Below are positions 1-8,724 of a stretch of DNA of 37,551 nt, piece after piece (the stretch's first letter is position 1; every line of letters starts with the position of its first letter). The stretch lies in assembly GCA_011605725.1 (NCBI GenBank), contig JAAOZP010000013.1, forward strand, positions 1 to 37,551, given 5' to 3'. Source of the DNA: Nitrososphaerota archaeon (lineage in GTDB: Archaea; Thermoproteota; EX4484-205; JAAOZP01). The position numbers were made by a program, and so were the translations under genes. The notes under the pieces are model-generated. The model made no database searches. It saw nothing but the letters and a program-made list of their open reading frames with translations, and had not been told where the DNA came from.

Positions 1-3000
1 CCATACTTCGAGCAGGTCGGGGTCTTCGAGGAGAAGAATGCTGCGGAAATTCTCGGCGTTAAGCCGGGTTTGCTAAGGAGCAACAGCTCAATCGGTGAAT
101 ACAGGACTAGGCTGGTCAGCCAGACGTGGAGGATTAGCGGAAGCATACTGCTGAGCCCAGTGGAGTTCGAAGCCTACAACAATACTTTGAAAAGCTTCGT
201 CGCGGAGAACAACCTGCAGGGCGAGTTTAAAATAGGCTGGAGAAGGCTTACGAACGCGACGAGGCTCGCGAAACCCTCTAGCGAAAAAGGCTTCCTAACC
301 CTGATCTACCGTCCTCTCAGCGTAAAGGGAAGCGGCCCCTTGAGGTCAATCCAGGTTAGGAACTATTCCCGCTATAACCTGAGCTACGTTATGGAGGTCC
401 AGCAGTTCGGGCGCCAGGCCTACATGAACCATCCTCCGATGATGGATGTTTACAGCAGTCCCCTGAACGTTAATGGTGGGGAATACAATGTTTCTCTCGC
501 AGGCTTAAACGCTGCCGAGGCCTACACTTGCCTCGTGAAGCTTTTCTTCGGCTCAAACCTGGTTGCTGAAGCAGTCTTCGACCTAAGCCCGGAGCCCTCG
601 CCCTTCTGGAGGTGCTTCTGGGAGGAGGTCAGGGGGAGAGTACCATGGATACTGGCGACGAGCACGATAATAATCCTCGTCGGGTTCCTCACGGGGCACG
701 GCACAACCGCGGCGTACGCGGGCCTAGCCGTCTCCATAGTTTCCACCGTAATCTACCTTGTCAGCGGGACGGTGTTGAACTGGATAGAGATAGAGCAGTG
801 CAGGGACATGTACTCCTTCTTCAACTATGTAGCCGATACTTACAGAGACTGGAGCTACGAGCTCAGCAACTATACTCAGCCTGAAACCCCTGGGCCTCCA
901 ATAGAAGCCCCCAGGCCCTTCGAGCCTAAGGGTCCTCTCGCAAAGCTCTACTGGAACTACTCCCAGTACTTCAGAGGGGCTGCGGCAAGGATTCTGGAGG
1001 ACACTGTTCTAGACCTCGTCGTAGGATGCGGCGTAACAGATTTCGAAACAGCGATGAACCAGAATGCAAGCGAGTGCGCAAGGGGGCGTGCAACAGGAAG
1101 AATAGTTAGTGCAGCGCTTTCCTTCACAGCCTTCATAATAGCCACTAAGATAGCCAGCATAGAGGCGAAGACGGCTAACACTAAGACCCCGTGGAAGCTC
1201 GTCAGCGCGGTTAAGGCCTGGGTCACGCCTGCGATATACGACCTTCTAGAGACGCTGGTGAAGAGCAGGAGGGTCATAGCCTTCATAGCAAGGAACCCGG
1301 GGCAGGCCCTGCAGATCGGGAAGTTCCTCATCTTCAAAGGGCTTAAGGCAGCGAAAAGCGTCGCCTCAGAAACATGGGAGCTCGTGAAAGACAAGCTGAA
1401 GGAGCTTGTCGAGAAAATCGAGTCCGGAGCGGAGAAGATTGAAGACTCCTGGCAAAGAATGGTTGAAAGGCTTAAGGGCTTCCTAAGCCTCCACGACGAG
1501 CTATACAACTACGCTAAGAATGCTGGACAGGAGGAAGCGATAGGTGTAAGCCACAAGTTCGACGGCGCCGGGTTCGAGGTGCCGGAGCAGGCGGAAGCCT
1601 TCAGAATACTGGACGAGATAGCTGTGAAGTCAAGGCTGGCTGAGAAAGCCCTCTCAGAACTGTTGAAGCAGCTTGAACCAGAGAGGCTGAAGGAAGCTGT
1701 GAACCTGATGGCGGGAATGGGCGGGTTGGAGAAAAGCGTGCTCGACGACTTAGGAAAAGCCTGGATGCTTAACAAGGATGCCGACGACCTCTACGGGCTT
1801 CTCAAGGGGCTTAGCATGGCGCTTGAGTTGGGACAGCAGAGGCAGAGCGAGATATTCGCGTTGCTCCACAGGAGTGTTGAAACCGGTGACGGGGGTAATG
1901 TTGCCTTTGTCTCTGAGATGCTCGGCTGGATATTTGAAGCTAGGAAAGCCATTCCGGATGAGCATAGAGAGGCTCGCGGATATCTGACCGATGGAGTCGT
2001 AGGGCTTGCCAACAACGCTTTGGATTCTGGGCTAGACAGGAGTAGGATGACCCAGATAACTGGAGTACTGGAAAACCTGCTGAAGCACCGCGGGGACGAG
2101 ATCGGGCCGCACGAGGTGGAGGAAGTCCCAGGAAGCCATCAGAGCATCTTCTACAGCTTCGAGAAAGGTTTGAGTAAGGCTGGCTTAGGTGGTGAGAATC
2201 TTAACCTAATTCTGCTCGACGACTGCTTGAGTAAGTGGGATTTCGCATCGAAGATTAAGCACGCATACGTCCCGTTCTGCTATCCCGTTGGGGATGATTT
2301 CCGCGGCGATGTGCCTTTCGAGATGAACTACCTGATGGTCAGCGGAGAAAAATGCATACCAGTAATAACAGCTTCCTCATCGGGAGAGGGGTACAGCACC
2401 ACGATTCCAAAAGACGCAGCGGAGTACCTTAGGAACGTGGAATGGTCACCCGGTGTAAAATGCCTGCAAGGAGACGAGGGGTTCCTCATACTCGTCAAGG
2501 ACCTGCCTCAGGGCGCTAGAGAAATAGTGCCGGTGAAAGTAGACAGCGACGGCAGAATTACCCTTACAAGATGGTTTGAGAAGGTTTTCAGCAAGAAGCC
2601 TGAGTATGCGGAGTACTTTGATGAAAACGGGAGAATAAGGTGGGATAAACTTGACCAAGATCACATGACTCTAGTCGTAAAGGTTTCCAATGATGAGCAG
2701 GAGCTCTATAGGACAATCATGCTGAAGCCGAGCACCCAAGATATAATAAGAACGAGAGTTGGAGAAATAGCTGAACCTAAGGAAATTGTGGAATGCGAGT
2801 TTATGCTGAAGATAACTGAGAGGCTGAGCATAAAAGAGGCTATTGACATCTTTACACACCAGTATGAAGTAAAAGAAGATATTGCTCAAGATCTTGCAAA
2901 TAGATTATTCGTAGTAATGCTTTATACGGATGAGGAGGGTAGGGGGCTAACTAATAGGGATGAAAAAGGAAGATGGGTTGAGTGGAAGCATTTTCAGGCT

Positions 3001-3363
3001 ATGAGTGAGTATAAGCGTTGTGGTATAGAGGGTTATCAGATGCACTTCCGTTCAGATGTAGGAGAGACTGTCTTAGACTTTATCATAGATCCTGCCATTA
3101 TTGAAGTGAAATATAGCATTAGGGAGGAAGAGGGTTGGCTGGACCATACTTTGGACCAAATGGCCAAGTGTAAGAAAGCACGGGAAACAGAATATCCGGA
3201 TAAGGAAGTCGTGCTCTCAACCTACGAGAAAAACGCAGAAGAAGATTTAGATCTCCTGATTAATAGGCTGAAAGAGAGATTTGGAGAAGATTTAAGCTGG
3301 CTTAAGATTTGTAACGGGATTGATGAATTGGAAGCATATCTAAAGGAAAAACTTGGAGGTTAA
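1..3363 (+). CDS. Very large membrane-associated protein (5'-truncated by the window) with a C-terminal PD-(D/E)xK restriction-endonuclease-fold domain; candidate polymorphic toxin
   Basis: Frame +1 is open from base 1 (PYFEQVGVFEE...), so the ORF-track start at 70 is internal. It has nine N-x-S/T sequons in the N-terminal third, hydrophobic segments (WILATSTIIILVGFL..AGLAVSIVSTVIYLV; IVSAALSFTAFIIA), a helical/coiled-coil middle and AbrB-like strands (YSTTIPKDAAEYL, VKVDSDGRITL). The tip reads KGRWVE...LDFIIDPAIIEVK. Confidence 0.7.
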   Translation, partial: PYFEQVGVFEEKNAAEILGVKPGLLRSNSSIGEYRTRLVSQTWRISGSILLSPVEFEAYNNTLKSFVAENNLQGEFKIGWRRLTNATRLAKPSSEKGFLTLIYRPLSVKGSGPLRSIQVRNYSRYNLSYVMEVQQFGRQAYMNHPPMMDVYSSPLNVNGGEYNVSLAGLNAAEAYTCLVKLFFGSNLVAEAVFDLSPEPSPFWRCFWEEVRGRVPWILATSTIIILVGFLTGHGTTAAYAGLAVSIVSTVIYLVSGTVLNWIEIEQCRDMYSFFNYVADTYRDWSYELSNYTQPETPGPPIEAPRPFEPKGPLAKLYWNYSQYFRGAAARILEDTVLDLVVGCGVTDFETAMNQNASECARGRATGRIVSAALSFTAFIIATKIASIEAKTANTKTPWKLVSAVKAWVTPAIYDLLETLVKSRRVIAFIARNPGQALQIGKFLIFKGLKAAKSVASETWELVKDKLKELVEKIESGAEKIEDSWQRMVERLKGFLSLHDELYNYAKNAGQEEAIGVSHKFDGAGFEVPEQAEAFRILDEIAVKSRLAEKALSELLKQLEPERLKEAVNLMAGMGGLEKSVLDDLGKAWMLNKDADDLYGLLKGLSMALELGQQRQSEIFALLHRSVETGDGGNVAFVSEMLGWIFEARKAIPDEHREARGYLTDGVVGLANNALDSGLDRSRMTQITGVLENLLKHRGDEIGPHEVEEVPGSHQSIFYSFEKGLSKAGLGGENLNLILLDDCLSKWDFASKIKHAYVPFCYPVGDDFRGDVPFEMNYLMVSGEKCIPVITASSSGEGYSTTIPKDAAEYLRNVEWSPGVKCLQGDEGFLILVKDLPQGAREIVPVKVDSDGRITLTRWFEKVFSKKPEYAEYFDENGRIRWDKLDQDHMTLVVKVSNDEQELYRTIMLKPSTQDIIRTRVGEIAEPKEIVECEFMLKITERLSIKEAIDIFTHQYEVKEDIAQDLANRLFVVMLYTDEEGRGLTNRDEKGRWVEWKHFQAMSEYKRCGIEGYQMHFRSDVGETVLDFIIDPAIIEVKYSIREEEGWLDHTLDQMAKCKKARETEYPDKEVVLSTYEKNAEEDLDLLINRLKERFGEDLSWLKICNGIDELEAYLKEKLGG

Positions 3364-3933
3364 ATTAGTATTGGGCCGCTATCCATAAATACTTCAACTG
3401 GATACTTGGTTAAGTATTCGAATATTGCAACGATTTCCGCCCGAACCTCCTTCGAAGGTTCATACTTTTTCTCCGTTTCCACGGTAAGCGGTTCTTTCTT
3501 AGGGATTAAGTGGACCGAGTGGATTTGAAACCCATTGCTCTTGACGTTATCCCCAATCTCAAAAACGTATCCCTTATATTTGACTTGGAACGCACAGGCC
3601 TCATTAATGTTGTCATAGCATGAAGAAGTTTGACCGAAGTACCACAATAACCTATAAACTGCTAGTGCCCTGTGCCTGACGAAAATTTTACTATAATCCT
3701 TCTTCCTAGGGTCCCAATTCTCCTTGTAAAAGGAAATAGTACTTATCCAAACGAATAAGAAATGGAGACTCTTTCTTCTCCCGTTCTTTCCACTCTCTCC
3801 ACTCATCCTCAGTAAACTTCTCGACAATAACCTCTTCACCGTTTACCTTAAGCATGATGAAATTCCTGTTTACGTCACTCTTCACGAGCTTGACATCATA
3901 CTCAAGTTTAACGAGCTTATCGCCCTCAAACAC
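3360..3933 (-). pseudogene. Hypothetical protein split by a 1-nt frameshift (ORFs 3706-3933 and 3360-3839)
   Basis: Removing one T from minus-strand TTCCTTTTAC (about 3726-3735) fuses MFEGDK...DKYYFL to YKENWDPRKKDYSKIF...PILI. The stop overlaps the upstream gene stop in TTAA at 3360-3363. Confidence 0.55.
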
Positions 3934-3964
3934 ACGCGCTAACCCTAACCATCGCGCGCGCTAA
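3929..3964. repeat. Tandem pair of junction-palindrome half sites
   Basis: AACACACGCGCTAA (3929-3942) and ATCGCGCGCGCTAA (3951-3964). Confidence 0.6.
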
Positions 3965-4032
3965 CTCTAAGGCTTTTAAGCCTAGTATTCTATAGCAACC
4001 TAATTTGTAGCATACGTCATTCTAGATGTATT

Positions 4033-5097
4033 CTATATTATTGCACATAAGTAGACATCGAAACTCCCGATGTAGACAGTTCCATCCGATCCGATAGCCG
4101 GAGAAGATTCGAGGATTTCATATCCGGTTTTAAGTTTCCATTTCAAGCTACCATCCGTATTAATAGCATAAAGGTAGCCGTCTCTGCTTCCAACATATAC
4201 TGTGCCATCTGCTCCTATTGCTGGAGAAGAATAAACTTGGCCTTCAGTCTTATATTTCCATTTCAAGGTACCATCTGTATTAATAGCATAAAGGTAAGTA
4301 TCCCAGCTTCCAACATATACTGTGCCGTCTAAACCTATTGCTGGAGAAGAATTGATGAAATCTTCAGTCTTATACTTCCACTTTAAGGTTCCATTTAGAT
4401 CAATTGCATAAAGGTAGGCATCATCGCTTCCCATATAGACTATACCGTCTACTCCAATCACGGGAGAAGAATAAATATTACTTCTAATTATACTCCCGTA
4501 TCTAAATTTCCACTTTAATGTTCCATCCGGATTAAATGCGTAAAGATGCTTATCATCACTTCCTACGTATATTATACCATCTGCCCAAATTGCAGGGGAC
4601 GATTCAACAGAGCCCTCAGTCTTATACTTCCACTTTAAAGAGCCATTTGGATTAACTACATAGAGATGCCCGTCATCGCTTCCAAAATATATGGCACCAT
4701 CCATTCCAAGAGTAGGGGAAGAACGGATCGGCCCCTCAGTCTTATACTTCCACTTCAACACTCCATCCGGATCGATGGCATAAAGATATCCTTCAAGGCT
4801 TCCAACGTACACCACTCCATCAAGTCCGATTGCAGGAGAAGATGGGCAGCTCAACTCCTTAATTTCACATTTCCAAACTAAAGAGCCATCTTGGCTGACT
4901 GCATAAAGATAGTCACCACCTCCAATGTATATCGTTCCGTCCGGCCCAATAACGGGAGAATTAAAATGAACAGGCCCCTCAGTCTTATACTTCCACTTCA
5001 ACATAGCCTTCTGCGCGCCCAAATAGGGGGATCTTCCAGTATGCTGGGAGTCGTGTCTGAACATCGGCCAGGGGCTCTCAGATGTCCTTACCTTCAT
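4033..5097 (-). CDS. PQQ-like (BamB-type) beta-propeller repeat protein, about 8 blades
   Basis: WPMFRHDSQHTGRS leader followed by repeated 40-aa units SSPAIGxDGTVYVGSxDxYLYAINxDGTLKWKYKT. Confidence 0.9.
   Translation of the reverse strand: MKVRTSESPWPMFRHDSQHTGRSPYLGAQKAMLKWKYKTEGPVHFNSPVIGPDGTIYIGGGDYLYAVSQDGSLVWKCEIKELSCPSSPAIGLDGVVYVGSLEGYLYAIDPDGVLKWKYKTEGPIRSSPTLGMDGAIYFGSDDGHLYVVNPNGSLKWKYKTEGSVESSPAIWADGIIYVGSDDKHLYAFNPDGTLKWKFRYGSIIRSNIYSSPVIGVDGIVYMGSDDAYLYAIDLNGTLKWKYKTEDFINSSPAIGLDGTVYVGSWDTYLYAINTDGTLKWKYKTEGQVYSSPAIGADGTVYVGSRDGYLYAINTDGSLKWKLKTGYEILESSPAIGSDGTVYIGSFDVYLCAII
4129..5003. repeat. Intragenic about 120-bp tandem repeats encoding the propeller blades
   Basis: 4141-4230 and 4261-4350 are near-identical. 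GGCCCCTCAGTCTTATACTTCCACTTCAACA occurs exactly at 4730-4760 and 4973-5003. Confidence 0.85.
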
Positions 5098-5428
5098 GTC
5101 TCTCCCCCATCCCCAATTGAAACTCTTAAAGTATATTTAAATCTCCATGCTGGAAGCAAGCCTATTATTCAATTCATTAAGATGACTCAGGGCTCGAAGT
5201 ATAGTGGTAAGAAGGTAGTGGTCTTCTTCTATCGAGAAATGCCTAGGAACGTGACCGGAGACGAGTCGAAAGGTTTGATAAGCAATCTTCTTAAGATATT
5301 CCAGGATAGAAGTAGGTTTGAAATAGTTAACGGCGTTATGAGCTTTCGAAGCTCGGTTAATGTCTCTGCCCCGTCCGGCTGCCGGTATCTTCAGAATCCT
5401 CGTCTTCTCGCCTATAAGAACGAATGGT

Positions 5429-5442
5429 TGAGCGCACGCTAA
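5429..5442. repeat. Junction palindrome
   Basis: TGAGCGCACGCTAA. Confidence 0.65.
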
Positions 5443-5524
5443 GAAAACCAGCTTAGGAAACATAAAGCATTGCTTAACCAAGTAGCTTAAATATTTCCGT
5501 TGGGAAGAATATTTGAAAGGCTCT

Positions 5525-7303
5525 ATGTTCCGGTGGAGAAAAAGAGTCGTCGACAAGGTTTTAAACGAATATCTTCAGAAGGCTGAAGCCCTCTCTAAAT
5601 CAAGAGCCTTCGACGAGGCTAAGAAGAATTATGAGAAGGCTGTGGAAAGATGTGACGAGCTTTTAAAACAGGCTCCGGGGAACGATTATCTTCACTGTAG
5701 GAAGGCCCGCGTTCTTTTCGAACTTAGAAGGTATGAAGGACCGGATTGGACTTACGTGAAAAGGTGTAGGGAAGCGCTCGTGGAAATCGATAGGGCGATC
5801 GAACTGGATCCTGAGGATAATGAATATCATCTTAGAAGGAGCGATATCCTTGGGGAACTGGGAGGGACGCCTGACTGGAGTCTTAACGCTGGTCCAGATG
5901 AGGAGCGGACGATGGATACATGGCTTCTTTTCTTTTCTCTTTCACACTACATCAGAGGTTTTATGGTTGATGAACGCGGGATACCGTTTAAGTGCATGGG
6001 AAATGAATACAAGAGTATTGACATAAGGCTTATTGAAACGAAAGACGAGTATGAATCACGTTTAAAAGAAAATCCCAATGATCCTGATCGCTATAATAAT
6101 TTGGCAGCGGCTATGCATGAATTGGGGATGTGGGATATGCGTGCAGACCCTAGGGTTCTTGAGAAGCTGAATAAGGCTATTGCCCTCAATCCTGATAACC
6201 CGGCTTACTACAATAATAGGGCTTTAGTGCTTTACAGCTTGATTATGGATGCTGAATATTTCAGGCACAGGATGGATGGTTGGCCTAAGGATAAACTGGA
6301 CCCTGAGAAAACGCTTCAAGACGTCTACAGAGACTTAAGCAGGGCTGTTGAACAGGATACGCATAACCCCTATTATCATTACAACATGGGGCTGATGCTG
6401 TACGGAGATGGGAGGTACAACCAGGCTATCGATGAGCTTGATAAAGCAATAGCTTTGGATTCAAGCAACCATTATTTCCACTATAAGAAGGGGATGGTTC
6501 TCTACAGGCTTGGAAAAAACGATGAGGCTATTGAATGCTTTAAGGAAGCCTTAGGGTTGTATAAGAAGGACCTTGTCGCCAGATATATGATTAAGCTTAT
6601 TGAAAGAATCCGAGACAGGGAGAGGGGAGTCACGCTGCCAGTAGTGACTACTCCAGAATGGGTTGGGGACGATACGGAGACCAAGGTGTTTCTACAATCT
6701 GGCGATTTAAAACCTGACGAGGCTATTTCGAGAGCTAGGGAGCTAATCTCTATCGCTAAAAAGTTCAATCTGATTGATTCAAATGTTTCGCAGAAGGAGA
6801 TGGAGAAGCTGGAGAAAAGACTCTCAGAAATACTTTCTAAGAAGGAGATTCGCCTCAACTCCCTCATGCTCACCTTATGTTTTCACTGTCCCGCCTACTG
6901 GTTTGACACAGAGATGATATATGGGCCAGAGGACTACGTGGAGCTAGCATCAGAACTATCCCGTATAACTAGGGGGCTACTCCACCTCAGCGGAATCGAC
7001 TGTCGAAAAGTCATGCTTCCTGGCGAGGAGAGTCCTGAGAAATACTTGCTTTCATTCATAGCCGGGGGAGAGAATCACACGGTTGAACTCCCGTTCAAAG
7101 ATGATTGGGCTCAATACGGGCCGATAGTCAGGGTTTTGAACAACATTGCTGGAAAGATTGGAAGGAGAGAAAGATACGTCTCCCTTAACACTATGGATCA
7201 AACAGCATGCCTAATATTCTGCATACCTGAAGATTATGAGGCGTTCAGAAAAACAGTGGTTGAATTACTCCGGCAACGGTCCTCTCCGGACAAAGAGAAT
7301 TGA
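5525..7303 (+). CDS. Tetratricopeptide-repeat protein with an uncharacterised C-terminal alpha/beta domain
   Basis: Multiple TPR units (e.g. YYHYNMGLMLYGDGRYNQAIDELDKAIALD). TATA-like CTTAAATA near 5486. The ORF track starts at TTG 5513; ATG 5525 is preferred. Confidence 0.85.
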   Translation: MFRWRKRVVDKVLNEYLQKAEALSKSRAFDEAKKNYEKAVERCDELLKQAPGNDYLHCRKARVLFELRRYEGPDWTYVKRCREALVEIDRAIELDPEDNEYHLRRSDILGELGGTPDWSLNAGPDEERTMDTWLLFFSLSHYIRGFMVDERGIPFKCMGNEYKSIDIRLIETKDEYESRLKENPNDPDRYNNLAAAMHELGMWDMRADPRVLEKLNKAIALNPDNPAYYNNRALVLYSLIMDAEYFRHRMDGWPKDKLDPEKTLQDVYRDLSRAVEQDTHNPYYHYNMGLMLYGDGRYNQAIDELDKAIALDSSNHYFHYKKGMVLYRLGKNDEAIECFKEALGLYKKDLVARYMIKLIERIRDRERGVTLPVVTTPEWVGDDTETKVFLQSGDLKPDEAISRARELISIAKKFNLIDSNVSQKEMEKLEKRLSEILSKKEIRLNSLMLTLCFHCPAYWFDTEMIYGPEDYVELASELSRITRGLLHLSGIDCRKVMLPGEESPEKYLLSFIAGGENHTVELPFKDDWAQYGPIVRVLNNIAGKIGRRERYVSLNTMDQTACLIFCIPEDYEAFRKTVVELLRQRSSPDKEN

Positions 7304-7361
7304 AAGACAATTAGAATACATGCCTAGAAATGTCTGAAGGAGGACATTATCTCATGTTTTC

Positions 7362-7375
7362 TTAACACGCGCTAA
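7362..7375. repeat. Junction palindrome (full consensus)
   Basis: TTAACACGCGCTAA. Confidence 0.7.
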
Positions 7376-7560
7376 ACGGTTTTCCCGAGAATGTTTAAGT
7401 CAAGCACCATGTTTCTTTTAGAGTGACGTATACGCGTAGAGCGTTGGGCGCTCATGAAAACTGTCGAGTATTGTAGGGGAATTAGTGTTGGAACTCTTAA
7501 TGCTTCTTAAAAATCGTAATAAGGCGGATGTGTATGAATAATGGAGAAAGAAATTTTTAA

Positions 7561-7800
7561 CTATGTTTTTATCACATATTCGCAGTACGGGTCTCCTGTC
7601 GCTACGCATTTTGTCTCAACGGCTTTAGCTTCCTCCTCGAATATGTTTGCGAAGAAGCCTGCTAGGATCCCCATGGTGAAGTGTCCGTAGGGTTTCTCAC
7701 TCCCCTTTCCTGTTTCACACTCGTAGCTTTGGTAGACGCGTACCGTTGCTTCTCCTGCTTCAGGATTGATCTCTGCATACTCCAGTATTCCCCAGCGCGC
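7561..7800 (-). pseudogene. C-terminal fragment of a V4R (4-vinyl-reductase) domain protein
   Basis: WGILE...GHFTMGILAGFFANIF...VETKCVATGDPYCEYVI is the V4R signature. The N-terminus is missing and replaced by GCGCGCGCGC/TTCACGCGTGTTAA. Confidence 0.75.
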
Positions 7801-7821
7801 GCGCTTTTTCACGCGTGTTAA
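7793..7821. repeat. Junction palindrome pair at the V4R breakpoint
   Basis: CAGCGCGCGCGCTT followed by TTCACGCGTGTTAA. Confidence 0.65.
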
Positions 7822-7958
7822 AAAGACAGGTGTTTAAATAGAAACATCAAGCCTGGTTAGGAGTTGAAAAAAGCACATGTTTTTTGTGGGATCCTTTTCC
7901 CCGGTTCCTAGCGAAGGAAGACTACTAGCGTCGAAACGCAACATCGTCATTAAGCACG

Positions 7959-8216
7959 CTACACCATTATCTTCGGAATACGATTCATGTCCTTACACTC
8001 AACAACTACGTTTCCCTCCGGAGACCCAGCTAAAACATCGATCTCATGCTTGGCGGAGCCTGTGCTCGCCGGAACAATCATATCCCACTCCGTCTCGAAT
8101 CCAGCGGCGTCAAATATCTGCTGCACGTATCTTTCCAGCCATTCCCCTTTTTCGTCACCAACCCTTCCTTGAGGAACCTCAATTCTGGTTTTCCTCTTAA
8201 CCCGATGAAACGGCAT
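7959..8216 (-). pseudogene. Mrr-like PD-(D/E)xK nuclease, 3'-truncated
   Basis: KGEWLERYVQQIF...HEIDVLA...VVVECK motif. It stops 10 codons after ECK, at a TAG that belongs to a palindromic half-site. Confidence 0.65.
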
Positions 8217-8516
8217 ATGAGGAGTAGGCTTGACCATTTGACCGGGCTTACCCGAAACCTTGTTGAGGCAACTGCCTGCCACAATAACCGCAGAAAGCAT
8301 CATTAGGGCCTACAGCTTCACCGCAATAAGGACAGTAGAAAGCCTCTGGACTAGACATTACAATTAAACAACAAGGCATTAAATATAAGTCTTCGCACTT
8401 AAGCATAAAACAATAAGGCTGAACCCTGGAAATTATTTACAGCACACATTAGCAAGAATACTGGTCGCGATTCAAAGGAAAAACTTATAGTTTGTTAAGA
8501 TACCATGTATTAGCAT

Positions 8517-8530
8517 GTAGCGTGCGCTAC
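8517..8530. repeat. Junction palindrome
   Basis: GTAGCGTGCGCTAC. Confidence 0.65.
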
Positions 8531-8667
8531 CTTCTTATCTAAAACTTTGAATTTCAGTGAAGAGAATTGAAAGAAAGCGGACGCGCTAAACATATTACAC
8601 AAACATCCTCGAAAAACATCCAAAAAACCCGTAGAAACACGCGGCAAACCATACCACCCTCCTGAAA

Positions 8668-8716
8668 AACTTAAACCTTAAATACACCTCTCCAAAGCTA
8701 AGGAGACAGAAGGAGG
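8668..8716 (+). promoter_or_regulatory. TATA-like element and Shine-Dalgarno of tuf
   Basis: CTTAAATA at about 8677-8684; GGAGG at 8712-8716, upstream of ATG 8725. Confidence 0.5.
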
Positions 8717-8724
8717 AAAGAAAA

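Noticed and set aside
4129-5003. Diversity-generating retroelement TR/VR pair
   Set aside because: The repeats are in-frame coding blades, differences are not confined to adenines, and no reverse transcriptase is present.
4891-5556. Overlapping ORFs 4891-5442 (+) and 5137-5556 (-)
   Set aside because: No recognisable motifs and both overlap real genes. 5180-5442 may be a gene fragment ending at the palindromic site, but this cannot be supported.
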